A DNA stretch of 54,277 nucleotides from Candidatus Nomurabacteria bacterium RIFCSPHIGHO2_01_FULL_41_71 (GCA_001785355.1 MFTQ01000020.1:1-54277); one strand, 5' to 3'. Counted from the first letter of the stretch, positions 16,341-26,924 are shown. Program-made: numbers and translations. Notes: generated by a model from the sequence alone, not told the origin.

Positions 16341-18512
16341 ATGGAACGAGACTATCCACTTGAAAAAGTCAGAAATATCGGAATCATCGCGCATATTGAC
16401 GCGGGAAAAACGACCACCACCGAGCGGGTGCTTTTTTATACCGGCGTGTCGCATAAAATAGGAGAAGTGCATGAGGGAGAAACCGTTACCGACTGGATGG
16501 AACAGGAGAGAGAGCGCGGCATTACCATCACTTCCGCTGCCGTCACTTGTTTCTGGACACCGACATACTTGTCCGCCGAAGTCTTGGCGAAGGCGGATGT
16601 AAAATCCAAATTCAAGCATCGTTTTAATATCATTGATACCCCCGGGCATATAGATTTTACCGTAGAAGTAAAGCGGTCTCTGCGCGTTTTGGACGGCGCG
16701 GTGGTTGTGTTTGACGGGGTGGCCGGAGTGGAACCTCAATCAGAGACTAATTGGCGCTACGCAGATGAAGCGAAAGTACCCAGAATTTGTTTTATAAACA
16801 AACTGGACCGCACCGGAGCGTCATTCGAACATTCTTATTCGACTATTTTAGAGAGGCTTTCTCGACATGCCGTCCGTATGCACATCCCCATCGGACTCGA
16901 AGAGAAATTCGAAGGAGTGATAGATCTTCTCCGTATGAAAGCTTATTACTTTGAAGGCGAGATGGGTAATTCCGTGGTGGAAAAAGAAATTCCCGAAAAT
17001 CTGAAAGCGGACGCGGAAAAATACAGAAACGAACTTGTGGAAAAAATAGTGGAGACGGATGATGTTCTCATGAATGAATACTTGGAGGGTATGACGCCGG
17101 ATTTAGAAACTCTCAAGAAAACTCTCCGCAAAGCCGTAATCGCAAATATTATCTTTCCGGTTTTTGCCGGGTCCGCGCTCAAAAACAAGGGTGTCCAACT
17201 GGTGCTCGACGCGGTGGTGGACTATTTGCCGTCTCCTGTCGATATTCCTCCGATTCCGGGCATAGACCCGAATACCGAAGAACACGCCGTCCGAAATGCT
17301 TCTGACGCGGAACCTTTCGCGGCGCTTGCCTTCAAAGTCGCCACCGATCCCTTTGTCGGCCAGATTATTTTTTTTCGGGTTTATTCAGGCACGCTCTCTG
17401 CCGGAAGCTATATTTACAATCCGCGCACTCGCAACAAAGAACGCATCGGGCGAATATTGCGCATGCACGCCAACGATCGGGAAGAAGTGAAAAAAGTTTT
17501 TGCCGGAGAAATCGCCGCTGCGGTGGGGCTCAAGGATACTATAACTTCAGATACTCTCTGCGATGAAGATCGTCCCATCGAGCTCGACAGGATAGTGTTT
17601 CCGGAGCCTGTCATCTCTCTTCGCATCGAGCCGAAAACCAAAGCTGATCAGGAGAAAATGGGCATGGCGCTCAATCGTCTGGCGCAGGAAGATCCGACTT
17701 TTAAAGTTTCCACCGATCAAGAAACAGGCGAGACCATTATCGCCGGAATGGGGGAATTACATCTTGAAATAATTGTAGACCGTATGAAGCGGGAATTTAC
17801 GGTGGAGGCGAATGTGGGTAAGCCCCAGGTCGCGTATCGGGAAACTATTACCGGAAATTCGGAGGCCGAAGGAAAATATATCAAACAGTCCGGTGGCCGA
17901 GGAAACTATGGACATGTAAAAATCAGAGTCAAACCGATGCAAGCGCTTAACAAAGAAGAATTGGAAGATCTGCCAAAAAATGTGAAACGTTCCGAAGGAT
18001 TTGAATTTATAAACAACATAAAAGGAGGAGTAATTCCACAGGAATATATTGTGCCGTGCGAGAAAGGATTCAAAGAGGGGCTTGACCGCGGGGTGTTGGC
18101 GGGATTTAGGATGGTAAATGTGTCGGTAGATTTGTGGGATGGAAGCTATCATGAGGTGGATTCAAATGAAATGGCCTTCAAAATTGCGGCTTCTATGGCG
18201 GTCCAAGATGCTTGCAAGCGCGCCAATCCGGTGATATTGGAGCCGATGATGAAGGTGGAAGTGGTAACTCCGGAGAAATTTATGGGGGACATTACCGGTA
18301 ACCTCTCGAGCAAGCGCGGACTTATCGAAGGGATGGAAGATCGCGGAATGAATAAAACGCTGAAGGCCATTGTCCCGCTTTCCGAAATGTTCGGCTATAT
18401 GACGGGTCTGCGTTCCATGACCGAAGGCCGAGCTTCTTTCACCATGGAATTCGTGAGATATGATATAGTACCTAATAATGTCGCTGAGACTATTATCACC
18501 GCAAGAAAATAA
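16341..18512 (+). CDS. fusA: elongation factor G
   Basis: [19 protein letters not shown]-domain motifs; full-length EF-G. Start set to [14 protein letters not shown]. Confidence 0.95.
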   Translation: MERDYPLEKVRNIGIIAHIDAGKTTTTERVLFYTGVSHKIGEVHEGETVTDWMEQERERGITITSAAVTCFWTPTYLSAEVLAKADVKSKFKHRFNIIDTPGHIDFTVEVKRSLRVLDGAVVVFDGVAGVEPQSETNWRYADEAKVPRICFINKLDRTGASFEHSYSTILERLSRHAVRMHIPIGLEEKFEGVIDLLRMKAYYFEGEMGNSVVEKEIPENLKADAEKYRNELVEKIVETDDVLMNEYLEGMTPDLETLKKTLRKAVIANIIFPVFAGSALKNKGVQLVLDAVVDYLPSPVDIPPIPGIDPNTEEHAVRNASDAEPFAALAFKVATDPFVGQIIFFRVYSGTLSAGSYIYNPRTRNKERIGRILRMHANDREEVKKVFAGEIAAAVGLKDTITSDTLCDEDRPIELDRIVFPEPVISLRIEPKTKADQEKMGMALNRLAQEDPTFKVSTDQETGETIIAGMGELHLEIIVDRMKREFTVEANVGKPQVAYRETITGNSEAEGKYIKQSGGRGNYGHVKIRVKPMQALNKEELEDLPKNVKRSEGFEFINNIKGGVIPQEYIVPCEKGFKEGLDRGVLAGFRMVNVSVDLWDGSYHEVDSNEMAFKIAASMAVQDACKRANPVILEPMMKVEVVTPEKFMGDITGNLSSKRGLIEGMEDRGMNKTLKAIVPLSEMFGYMTGLRSMTEGRASFTMEFVRYDIVPNNVAETIITARK

Positions 18513-19185
18513 AATTCTTCAATATATTGCTCTGCCTTTAATTGTTTTAGTTTTTTACGTCGGACTTATTTATTTGTATAAATTTTTAGGTTTGCCTTCT
18601 TCCGGAGAGATAATTAATTTCGCCAAAAGATATTACGAAAATTACGGTTATTGGGTTGTGTTGGTGGGCGCTCTAGTGGAAGGCGCTTTATTTATAAACT
18701 GGTATTTGCCAGGGTCGGTGGTGGTGGCGCTCGGAGTAGTTTTTGCCCGGTCGGCCGGACTGAATGTTTTTTTTATGCTTTTCTTGGTAATTACGGGATT
18801 CTTTCTGACGGCTCTTCTGAATTATGCCTTGGGACGTTTCGGCTGGTATCATATTTTTTTAAAACTGGGATTGGAAGGACCACTTCTTAAGATACAGGCC
18901 AAGGTAAAAGACCAAGGCCTCCGGGCATTGTTTACCGCTTATGTTCATCCGAATTTCGGAGCCTTAGCGGCTACCGCCGCTGGAATTTTACGTCTTTCTT
19001 TTTATGAATTTTTCTTTTACTCGCTTATTTCCATAATAACCTGGAATAGTTTCTGGACATTGATATTTTATTATTTCGGGTCGGCACTTTTAAATCACTT
19101 AAATTTTCTTATCATTTTGGGCGGGATATTCGTGTATTTTATGTTTGTGAAGAATTTTAGGAAATCAAGCGTCAACATTCCATAA
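18478..19185 (+). CDS. DedA/SNARE-associated family membrane protein (start uncertain)
   Basis: Multi-pass membrane ORF with a DedA-like segment ([24 protein letters not shown]); overlaps the fusA end by 35 nt. Confidence 0.5.
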   Translation: MSLRLLSPQENKILQYIALPLIVLVFYVGLIYLYKFLGLPSSGEIINFAKRYYENYGYWVVLVGALVEGALFINWYLPGSVVVALGVVFARSAGLNVFFMLFLVITGFFLTALLNYALGRFGWYHIFLKLGLEGPLLKIQAKVKDQGLRALFTAYVHPNFGALAATAAGILRLSFYEFFFYSLISIITWNSFWTLIFYYFGSALLNHLNFLIILGGIFVYFMFVKNFRKSSVNIP

Positions 19186-19217
19186 TTATTAGAGACTTGA
19201 TATTATATTGGTTGGAA

Positions 19218-20288
19218 ATGCTTTACATACCCTTTTATGATCCGGGAAAAAGCTACGAGGAAAATTTTAAGGAAGGCCCTTTTGGGATTTTTGCTGATGG
19301 GAAAATGTTTCGACAGGAAGAATCTTTACCCAAGTATGATTTTCTGGGGGTGAAAGTGAATTCCCCTTTTGGCATTCCGGCCGGGCCGCTTTTGAATTCC
19401 GATTTTTGCAAAGGTGCATTTGATAAAAGTTTCGATATCTGTGTTTACAAGACTGTCCGATCCGAAATTTTTCCCTGTCATCCTTTTCCCAATGTTCTTT
19501 CGATAAAAGTTGGAGGCGATCTGACTTATGAAAAAGCGCAGGGAAAGTTTGTAGCGGACGCGAATTTTGAGGAACCCATCTCCATCACTAATTCTTTCGG
19601 CGTGCCTTCTCGGGACCCTAAAATTTGGCAAGAGGATGTAAAAAAAGCTATTTCTTATACCCACAAAGGACAAGTCTTGGTTTTGAGCTTTATGGGAACA
19701 GTAAGAGAAAATCAAACAGTCGACGAATTTGTGTCCGACTATGCGTTGGCCGCGAGGCAAGCAATAGAAACGGGAGCTAAAGTGCTGGAGACAAATCTAT
19801 CTTGTCCGAATATCGGCAACGAAGGGTTGGTCTGTTACAATTTGGATATGACTGAAAGAGTCTGTAAAGCAATCAGGGCGGAAATCGGCGGCATGCCTTT
19901 GGTTTTGAAAGTCGGTTATTATAAAAATAATGAAGACATAAAAAAATTGGCGGAAATTGCCAATAAATACGCGCAAGCGATCTCTCTCATCAATACTATT
20001 CAAGTGGAGGTAGTGGATAAAGATGGCAAGCCGGCTCTGCCGGGAAAGAACCGTTTGCGTTCGGGAGTTTGCGGAGCTTCTATCAAGTGGGCAGGTTTGG
20101 AAATGGTAAGAAAATTAAAAAAGATTCGCGAAGAGTCGGGTTATAAATTCACTATTATCGGGGTGGGTGGAGTGATGAACGCGGATGACTTTTTTGAATA
20201 CCGCGAAGCCGGGGCGGATGTAGTGATGTCCGCAACCGGAGCGATGTGGAACCCCTACCTTGCAAAGGAAATAAGGGAAAGGTTATGA
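19218..20288 (+). CDS. pyrD: dihydroorotate dehydrogenase-like flavoenzyme (class 1 type)
   Basis: NLSCPN active-site Cys motif and C-terminal GGV...GA..V FMN-binding pattern. Start set to the ATG at 19218, downstream of TGaTATTAT. Confidence 0.65.
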   Translation: MLYIPFYDPGKSYEENFKEGPFGIFADGKMFRQEESLPKYDFLGVKVNSPFGIPAGPLLNSDFCKGAFDKSFDICVYKTVRSEIFPCHPFPNVLSIKVGGDLTYEKAQGKFVADANFEEPISITNSFGVPSRDPKIWQEDVKKAISYTHKGQVLVLSFMGTVRENQTVDEFVSDYALAARQAIETGAKVLETNLSCPNIGNEGLVCYNLDMTERVCKAIRAEIGGMPLVLKVGYYKNNEDIKKLAEIANKYAQAISLINTIQVEVVDKDGKPALPGKNRLRSGVCGASIKWAGLEMVRKLKKIREESGYKFTIIGVGGVMNADDFFEYREAGADVVMSATGAMWNPYLAKEIRERL

Positions 20289-20295
20289 TAAAAAG

Positions 20296-20958
20296 ATGAA
20301 TAAAAAATTGCAAAAAATAGCGCTGGATTTTTATAGACTCAAAGCCGTAAAGTTTTCAAAAAAGGGATTTAAGTTCAATCTTCACACAAAATATCCCAAA
20401 GTGCCCCCAAGTCCGAATTATTTGAACCTTCGGGATGTTTTTCGTGATCCGAAAATTAGAAAAAATATTGCCAGCCAGATTGCGCCTATCGTTAAAAAAT
20501 TAAAACCGGATATTTTGGTTGATTTGCCTCAGTCAATTTCTCCGATCACGACGACCGTTTCGGACATGACCAAGATCCCGATGATTTCTGTCAGATCGGA
20601 AGCTCTTAAAGGAATTAAAAAAAATCATGGAGTCAAGCAAAGCATAAATGGCGTTTTTAGGAAAGGGCAAAAAGTTCTTATCATTGATGATGTTGTTTCG
20701 AGTCATGCTTTTACTAAAATTAAAGCGATAGAGGTTTTGAAAGAAAGCGGTCTTAAAGTTATGTCTGAAATTATAGTGGTGGTAGATAGGGAAGAGGGGG
20801 GAAAGGAAAATTTGAAAAAATTAAAATATACTTTAATAAGTATTTTAGAATTTAGAGACATTTTAAACTTTTTTCTTTCCAGGAAATTAATAACTAATCA
20901 GGATTATGAAAAATCGATAGAATACGGAAAATTCGCAAAAGTCCATGCATTGAAATAA
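20296..20958 (+). CDS. pyrE: orotate phosphoribosyltransferase-like (type I PRTase)
   Basis: PRPP-binding motif VLIIDDVVSSHAFT; sits between pyrD and pyrF. Confidence 0.55.
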   Translation: MNKKLQKIALDFYRLKAVKFSKKGFKFNLHTKYPKVPPSPNYLNLRDVFRDPKIRKNIASQIAPIVKKLKPDILVDLPQSISPITTTVSDMTKIPMISVRSEALKGIKKNHGVKQSINGVFRKGQKVLIIDDVVSSHAFTKIKAIEVLKESGLKVMSEIIVVVDREEGGKENLKKLKYTLISILEFRDILNFFLSRKLITNQDYEKSIEYGKFAKVHALK

Positions 20959-20998
20959 ATTAAATAATGTTATTATCAAAACTGACGACCGAACTGAA

Positions 20999-21814
20999 AT
21001 GATAATAGACAAATACAACCAAAGAGCCAAGAAAATAAATTCGCTACTTTGCGTTGGCTTGGATTCGGATTTTGATAAATTGCCGGAGAGGTTTAAGGCA
21101 CGGAAGTTTCCGCAGTTTGAATTTAATAAATGGGTTATAGAGGAGACACATGAATACGCGGCGGCTTTCAAAATGAATAGTGCTTTCTTTGAAGCGCGGG
21201 GTGATGCCGGTATGAAAGAGCTGAAAATGACGATGGATTATTTGATAAAAAATCATCCGGATATTTTTACAATTCTGGATGCCAAGCGGGCGGATATTGG
21301 CAATACGAACAAAGGGTATGTGAATGCGATTTTTGACTGGCTTGGATTTGACGCCGTGACTCTGCATCCGTACCTCGGGAAGGAAGCCTTGCTTCCGTTT
21401 TTGGAAAGAAAAAATAAAGGTTGCATAATCCTCTGCCGGACTTCCAATCCGGGAGCAGGTGAATTACAAGATTTAAAAATTGTAGACGTCGGACGTCTAC
21501 AAAAGCCATTTTGGCAGATTGTCGCAGAAAAAGTTTCCAAAGAATGGAATAAAAATAATAACTGCCTGCTGGTGGTTGGGGCGACTTATCCGGAAGAAAT
21601 GCAAAAAATCCGTTCACTAGTGGGCGATATGACTTTTCTGGTTCCCGGCGTCGGTCCACAGGGGGGAAGTGTGGCGGAAGTAATGCAGGCCGGCTTAAAT
21701 AGTGTTGGCCTTGGTCTCATCATCAACACTTCTCGCGGTATTATTTTTGCCGCCGACCCCAAAGCCAAAGCCCAAAAACTTTGCGAGGAGATTAGAAAGT
21801 ATGGTATAAAATGA
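20999..21814 (+). CDS. pyrF: orotidine 5'-phosphate decarboxylase (long/type 2 form)
   Basis: LCVGLDSD and LDAKRADIGNT catalytic motifs. Confidence 0.8.
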   Translation: MIIDKYNQRAKKINSLLCVGLDSDFDKLPERFKARKFPQFEFNKWVIEETHEYAAAFKMNSAFFEARGDAGMKELKMTMDYLIKNHPDIFTILDAKRADIGNTNKGYVNAIFDWLGFDAVTLHPYLGKEALLPFLERKNKGCIILCRTSNPGAGELQDLKIVDVGRLQKPFWQIVAEKVSKEWNKNNNCLLVVGATYPEEMQKIRSLVGDMTFLVPGVGPQGGSVAEVMQAGLNSVGLGLIINTSRGIIFAADPKAKAQKLCEEIRKYGIK

Positions 21815-21817
21815 GAT

Positions 21818-22075
21818 ATGCGCTTGGAACGAAATTCGAGTAATCCGAATAAAAAAATAGAACCAAAGAGGAAAATACCGAATTATTGGTTTTCCCCGAC
21901 TGAAGGACCCCAAAGATCTTGCGCTTATTCTTCGGAATTTATTGAAAAATTTGGCGGAGAAATTGTCGAAGATATAATAAATAAAGACGAGGAAAGTGTA
22001 AAAAAGAAAACTGGTTTTAGTATTGCAGAATTAAAAGCGAAAATAAAAGAATTGGAAAGAGAGTGGAAAAAATAA
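21818..22075 (+). CDS. hypothetical protein (85 aa)
   Basis: ORF only; charged and lysine-rich; no motif recognised. Confidence 0.35.
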   Translation: MRLERNSSNPNKKIEPKRKIPNYWFSPTEGPQRSCAYSSEFIEKFGGEIVEDIINKDEESVKKKTGFSIAELKAKIKELEREWKK

Positions 22076-22078
22076 AAA

Positions 22079-22615
22079 TCAGCTCAAATCTTTAGGATCT
22101 ACGAAAAACTCAAAATCTTTTTCCGGCACAATGCCGCACTCTCTCATTTTATTTGCCGCTTCTTCCAAAAGCGGATTCAATGTTGCCCAGGCCGCATTTC
22201 TTATTTTTTCTGATTCCGATTGAATTTTAGCAATATCTGTGAAAGCTTTTGGTTCATCGAGACGCATAAGTTCCAGAGTATTTTCAACAATCTTTTGATT
22301 AATTTCGAGCGCGTTCAACGTCGGATCCATTTTTGAAATCAGATTTTTATTTTGCGCAAGAAAATTTGTCCACTTTTCGCCCAATTTCTGCGCTTGTTTC
22401 AAGTATAATTCGGTGTGTCCTTCGCTTGCCGATCTTAAAGCTAAAAAAAGGATAAAAAAATTGTTTTTAAATTGTTTTGGTTTACCTTCAGCCCTTGCAG
22501 TTCCGGGTTGTATTGCCAAGACTTTTAGAGCTGATGCTACTAATGTATTTATTTCTGTAAGAATTCGAATATACTTTTGCTCTTTTGTTTCTTGCGCGCC
22601 GGGTGTTGTTTCCAT
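22079..22615 (-). CDS. hypothetical protein (178 aa, helical)
   Basis: ORF only; no motif recognised. Confidence 0.45.
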   Translation of the reverse strand: METTPGAQETKEQKYIRILTEINTLVASALKVLAIQPGTARAEGKPKQFKNNFFILFLALRSASEGHTELYLKQAQKLGEKWTNFLAQNKNLISKMDPTLNALEINQKIVENTLELMRLDEPKAFTDIAKIQSESEKIRNAAWATLNPLLEEAANKMRECGIVPEKDFEFFVDPKDLS

Positions 22616-22644
22616 GTGTCCAACTTTAGCATGGTAATGTTAAT

Positions 22645-22672
22645 TTGACAATATTTTTTGATTTGCTAGTAT
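22645..22672 (+). promoter_or_regulatory. sigma70-like promoter TTGACA-N16-TAGTAT for tuf and the S10 operon
   Basis: TTGACA at 22645-22650 and TAGTAT at 22667-22672. Confidence 0.5.
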
Positions 22673-22780
22673 GAATGGAACTGCACTTTGGCAGTTTTTT
22701 TATCAATAATATCGTTAGTGATTAAGCCCCAGCGACTGGTAATCGTACGTTGAGTTTTAATCACTAGCAAAATCAATCGT

Positions 22781-23974
22781 ATGGCAGAAGAATTTAAAAG
22801 AGACAAGCCGCATATCAATGTCGGCACCATTGGTCACGTGGATCACGGTAAAACCACGCTGACTGCGGCAATATTGCATGTCCTAAACATGGCTGGCAAG
22901 CAAGTGCGTCTAAAGGGTGTTGATCAGATTGACAATGCCCCGGAAGAGAAGGCTCGGGGAATCACTATCAATATTTCGCATAATGAATATGCCACCGATG
23001 CCCGTCACTATGCGCATATCGATGCCCCGGGACACGCCGATTATATTAAAAACATGATTACGGGCGCCGCTCAAATGGACGGTGCTATCCTTGTGGTTGC
23101 GGCGACTGACGGAGCGATGCCCCAGACTCGCGAACACGTGCTTTTGGCAAAACAAGTCGGCGTGCCGAAGATTATTGTTTTCCTCAACAAGTGCGACATG
23201 GTTGACGACAAAGACATGATTGATTTGGTGGAAGAAGAAATTCGAGAGCTCTTGACCAAGCAGGGATTCGACGGCGCCGGGGCTCCGGTTATTCGCGGTT
23301 CGGGACTCAAAGCTCTTGAATCCAAGTCTGTTGACGACGAATGGGCCAAGAAAATTCTTGAGCTCACCAATGCTCTTGACACATACATTCCGATTCCGGA
23401 ACGAGACACCACCAAGCCTTTTCTTATGCCTGTCGAAGATATTTTCTCCATCGAAGGCCGTGGCACGGTAGTAACCGGAAAGATTGAAAGAGGAATAGTG
23501 AAAGTCGGAGAGGAAGTGGAGATTGTGGGTATTAAGCCCAACCAAAAGACCACAGTCACCGGCATTGAAATGTTCAACAAAAATCTACAGGAAGGCATGG
23601 CCGGAGACAACGCCGGAGTGCTTCTCCGTGGTTTGAAAAAAGAAGACATTACCCGCGGTCAGGTGCTTGCCAAGCCGGGTACTGTTACTCCGCATGATAA
23701 TTTTACTTGCGAGATATATGTTCTAAAAAAAGAAGAAGGTGGTCGGCATACGCCTTTCTTTAAAGGATACAAGCCTCAATTCTATATTCGCACCACAGAT
23801 GTAACGGGGGATGTGGCTCTTGCCGAAGGAACAGAAATGGTGATGCCTGGAGATACGGTAAAGATTACAGTTAAGCTTGTTACTCCGGTAGCGCTCGAAG
23901 AGTCTCAAAGATTCGCTATTCGAGAAGGGGGCAAAACTGTAGGAGCAGGGGTGGTAACGAAGATTTTGGCTTAG
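22781..23974 (+). CDS. tuf: elongation factor Tu
   Basis: [18 protein letters not shown]; full-length EF-Tu. Confidence 0.97.
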   Translation: MAEEFKRDKPHINVGTIGHVDHGKTTLTAAILHVLNMAGKQVRLKGVDQIDNAPEEKARGITINISHNEYATDARHYAHIDAPGHADYIKNMITGAAQMDGAILVVAATDGAMPQTREHVLLAKQVGVPKIIVFLNKCDMVDDKDMIDLVEEEIRELLTKQGFDGAGAPVIRGSGLKALESKSVDDEWAKKILELTNALDTYIPIPERDTTKPFLMPVEDIFSIEGRGTVVTGKIERGIVKVGEEVEIVGIKPNQKTTVTGIEMFNKNLQEGMAGDNAGVLLRGLKKEDITRGQVLAKPGTVTPHDNFTCEIYVLKKEEGGRHTPFFKGYKPQFYIRTTDVTGDVALAEGTEMVMPGDTVKITVKLVTPVALEESQRFAIREGGKTVGAGVVTKILA

Positions 23975-23987
23975 TTTGGTTTTTCAA

Positions 23988-24461
23988 ATGCATAGTTCTA
24001 TGACAACAGGATCCACAAAAACGAGAAAGCCTGCGCGTAGCGTGGCAGATGGCGCTACAAGCAAACCCAAGGTTCCCTCCGCAGGTGCTAAGAAAAAAGC
24101 TGTTCTTTCCAAGAAAGACAAGCCCGTTCGCGTTTCTGTCGTAAAGGGCGATACCGAAGTGATATTGCGCATACGTGTCCGGGCCTATGAAAGCAAAATT
24201 CTCGATAGTTCCGTCAAACAGATCATGGATACCGCCGAGCGGTATGATGCCGTGATCTCGGGTCCTGTGCCTCTTCCCACTGAAATAAAAAAATACACGG
24301 TTAATCGTAGCTCTTTCATTTACAAGAATACTCGGGAGCAATTTGAGATAAGAGTTCATAAAAGATTGATCGATATCATAAATCCGAATGCCAAGACCAT
24401 CGAAGCCTTGACTAATTTATCTTTGCCTTCCGGAGTGGATATCGATGTAAAAATGTTATGA
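23988..24461 (+). CDS. rpsJ: 30S ribosomal protein S10 with a basic N-terminal extension of about 55-60 aa (start uncertain)
   Basis: The S10 core begins at LRIRVRAYESKILD. The upstream in-frame part is Lys/Ala/Ser/Pro-rich. ATG candidates at 23988 and 24000. Confidence 0.85.
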   Translation: MHSSMTTGSTKTRKPARSVADGATSKPKVPSAGAKKKAVLSKKDKPVRVSVVKGDTEVILRIRVRAYESKILDSSVKQIMDTAERYDAVISGPVPLPTEIKKYTVNRSSFIYKNTREQFEIRVHKRLIDIINPNAKTIEALTNLSLPSGVDIDVKML

Positions 24462-25072
24462 AGTTTATTTTAGGAACAAAAGTAAACATGACCGAATTTT
24501 TTTCCGAAAACGGAGAAGTTGTTCCCGTTACGGTGGTTTCTGCCGGACCGGTCGAGCTTCTGCGAATTTTTAAAAAAAAGAAAGACGGATATGATGCCGT
24601 GCAGATAGGGTTTCAAGCAGTTACGAAAGCGCGGGGAAAAAATAAAAAGAGCTACAAAATTCTGAAAGAATTTAAGCTCGGGCCTGCCGATATCTCAGAT
24701 GCGAAGATTGGGGATATAGTGGATGTTTCTATTTTTGCGCCGGGTGACAAAGTTCAAATTTCAAGTGTTTCCAAGGGCAAAGGATTTCAGGGTGTGGTCA
24801 AGCGCCATGGCTTTCATGGAGGACCCCGCACCCATGGCCAGAAACATTCCGAGCGGGAACCGGGGTCTATCGGCGGAGGGCTTCGCACCCATGTGCCGCG
24901 CGGTATGAGAATGGCGGGACGAATGGGAGGGGATCGGATTACTCAAAAAAATTTAAAAGTTATTTTAGTGGATAAAGAAAATAATTTAATGTTGATCAAG
25001 GGAGCAATCGCCGGTCGTCGCGGGACGTTGGTGGAAATGGTCAGTAAAGACAGCGCCTTAGGCACTGGCTAG
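24458..25072 (+). CDS. rplC: 50S ribosomal protein L3
   Basis: 204 aa with clear L3 sequence (FQGVVKRHGFHGGPRTHG); the last 7-8 codons lie inside a palindrome. Confidence 0.95.
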   Translation: MKFILGTKVNMTEFFSENGEVVPVTVVSAGPVELLRIFKKKKDGYDAVQIGFQAVTKARGKNKKSYKILKEFKLGPADISDAKIGDIVDVSIFAPGDKVQISSVSKGKGFQGVVKRHGFHGGPRTHGQKHSEREPGSIGGGLRTHVPRGMRMAGRMGGDRITQKNLKVILVDKENNLMLIKGAIAGRRGTLVEMVSKDSALGTG

Positions 25073-25092
25073 CCAGTGCCTAAGGCGCTGTC
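25049..25092. repeat. perfect 44-bp palindrome related to the RAYT-associated REP
   Basis: GACAGCGCCTTAGGCACTGGCT/AGCCAGTGCCTAAGGCGCTGTC. It shares the 16-mer AGCCAGTGCCTNAGGC with the hairpins at 44996, 45213 and 45700. Confidence 0.8.
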
Positions 25093-25105
25093 GAGGTAAA
25101 AAATA

Positions 25106-25765
25106 ATGCAAGCGAAAATTTACAATCAAAAAGGAGCTGAAGCGGGGATGATAACTCTTCCTGAAAAAGTTTTTGCCGCTAAGTGGCGCAGTGATTTGGT
25201 GCATCAAGTGGTGGAAGGAATGCGCAGCAACAAACGCGCCGGCACGGCGGATACCAAGGACCGTGGAGAAGTGCGAGGAGGCGGCAAGAAACCCTGGAAA
25301 CAGAAAGGCACCGGTCGGGCCAGACATGGATCGATTCGCAGTCCCATCTGGGTGGGCGGAGGGGTGACTCATGGACCCTTGGCGGAGAAAAACTATAAAA
25401 AGAAAATTTCCAAAAAGATGCGGGCTCAGGCTTTGTTTTCTGTTTTGTCCAAGAAGTGGAAAGATGGGGAAATTATTTTTATGGAGACGCTTTCAATGCC
25501 GAAAATGAACACGCAAGCCGGCCTCGAAGCGGTAAAGAATGTGGCGAAAGCGGCGGGGGTCGGGAATGTCGCGGTTTCCAAAAAACCGAGAATATTGACG
25601 GCTCTATTCAGCAGAAACGAAAATGCGGAAAAAAGCCTTCGGAATATCCCGGCTCTGGAAATAGTCTTTTCCAGGAATTTAAATCCGAAAGACGTGCTTG
25701 ATTATAAATATCTCCTGATAGAAAATCCGGCTGAAAGCGTTAAATTTTTGGAATCCAGAGGATAA
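25106..25765 (+). CDS. rplD: 50S ribosomal protein L4
   Basis: 219 aa; L4 motif KPWKQKGTGRARHGS. Confidence 0.95.
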   Translation: MQAKIYNQKGAEAGMITLPEKVFAAKWRSDLVHQVVEGMRSNKRAGTADTKDRGEVRGGGKKPWKQKGTGRARHGSIRSPIWVGGGVTHGPLAEKNYKKKISKKMRAQALFSVLSKKWKDGEIIFMETLSMPKMNTQAGLEAVKNVAKAAGVGNVAVSKKPRILTALFSRNENAEKSLRNIPALEIVFSRNLNPKDVLDYKYLLIENPAESVKFLESRG

Positions 25766-25774
25766 TTAAAAAAT

Positions 25775-26077
25775 ATGGCAACTAAAAAAGATAAAATAAA
25801 AGATCCGAAGACAGTTGTAAAATTGACCGCGCGAATTACGGAAAAAGCTAGCAACGCCACGGCTTTGAATATCTACACATTCGATTTGTTGTCTCCGCTT
25901 AATAAGACGGAAGTCAAGAAGGAAATTTCCAAAATTTACAAAGTGCGTCCAGTCAAAGTAAATATTTTATCAGTGCCGGCCAAGCGGGTCTCCTGGAAAG
26001 GTAAGCCGGGCAAGCAGGGTGAAGGCAGGAAAGCGTTTGTTTATCTGAAAGTCGGAGACAAAATAGAATTTGCGTAA
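25775..26077 (+). CDS. rplW: 50S ribosomal protein L23
   Basis: 100 aa; L23-like; correct operon position. Confidence 0.9.
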   Translation: MATKKDKIKDPKTVVKLTARITEKASNATALNIYTFDLLSPLNKTEVKKEISKIYKVRPVKVNILSVPAKRVSWKGKPGKQGEGRKAFVYLKVGDKIEFA

Positions 26078-26084
26078 AAATAGG

Positions 26085-26924
26085 ATGAAAACATACAAAC
26101 CCACAAGTAAATCACGAAGACAAATGACCCATGTTTCTTATCGGGACGTTATTACTCGCATTTCTCCGGAAAAATCCCTGACTCATGGGTTAAGGAGATC
26201 GGTAGGAAGAAACAGCCAGGGACGCATCACCATGCGCCATAAAGGAGGTGGACACAAGCGCCTTTATCGGGAGGTGGATTTTTTATATAACAAAAAAGAA
26301 ATTCCGGCTAAAATAAAATCTGTCGAATATGACCCCAATCGTTCGGCTTTCATCGGGCTTGCGGTATATCGGGATGGAGAGAAGAGATATGTAATATTGC
26401 CAAAATCCATAAAGCCCGGAGACTCTTTTTTGGTATCCGACAAGGCGGAACTCAAGCCGGGGAACAGGCTTCCGCTTAAAAATATTCCGGTCGGGACTTT
26501 TGTCTACAATATAGAGCTTAAGCCCAGGGGCGGGGCGAAAATTGGGCGCGGAGCGGGCGTTTTCGCTCAAGTGGTGGCTAATGCCGAGGGCTATACCAAT
26601 ATAAAAATGCCTTCGTCGGAAATAAGGAAAATAAACGAAAATGCCTGGGCCTCGATCGGAGTGGTCTCAAACGAAGAATACCATTTGCAAAATTTCGGCA
26701 AGGCGGGCCGGAGCCGGTGGAAGGGAATTCGTCCGACCGTTCGCGGCACGGCCATGAATCCGGTGGACCATCCCTACGGAGGAGGCGAAGGCCGTCAGGG
26801 CCGGGGTACTAAGCGCCCGAAGACTATGTGGGGAAAAATTACCGGCGGACGCAAAACTCGCAGTCCGAAAAAGTATTCAAATGTTTTTATCGTTTCTCGC
26901 CGGGTAAAGAAGGGGAAGAAGTAA
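26085..26924 (+). CDS. rplB: 50S ribosomal protein L2
   Basis: Clear L2 sequence (GRNSQGRITMRHKGGGHKR, MNPVDHPYGGGEG). Start set to the ATG at 26085. Confidence 0.95.
   Translation: MKTYKPTSKSRRQMTHVSYRDVITRISPEKSLTHGLRRSVGRNSQGRITMRHKGGGHKRLYREVDFLYNKKEIPAKIKSVEYDPNRSAFIGLAVYRDGEKRYVILPKSIKPGDSFLVSDKAELKPGNRLPLKNIPVGTFVYNIELKPRGGAKIGRGAGVFAQVVANAEGYTNIKMPSSEIRKINENAWASIGVVSNEEYHLQNFGKAGRSRWKGIRPTVRGTAMNPVDHPYGGGEGRQGRGTKRPKTMWGKITGGRKTRSPKKYSNVFIVSRRVKKGKK

Noticed and set aside
22616-22780. Looked for the tRNA genes that often precede tuf, and for tRNA-Trp or rpmG upstream of secE (7407-7622).
   Set aside because: No cloverleaf could be folded and no L33-like small ORF was found.
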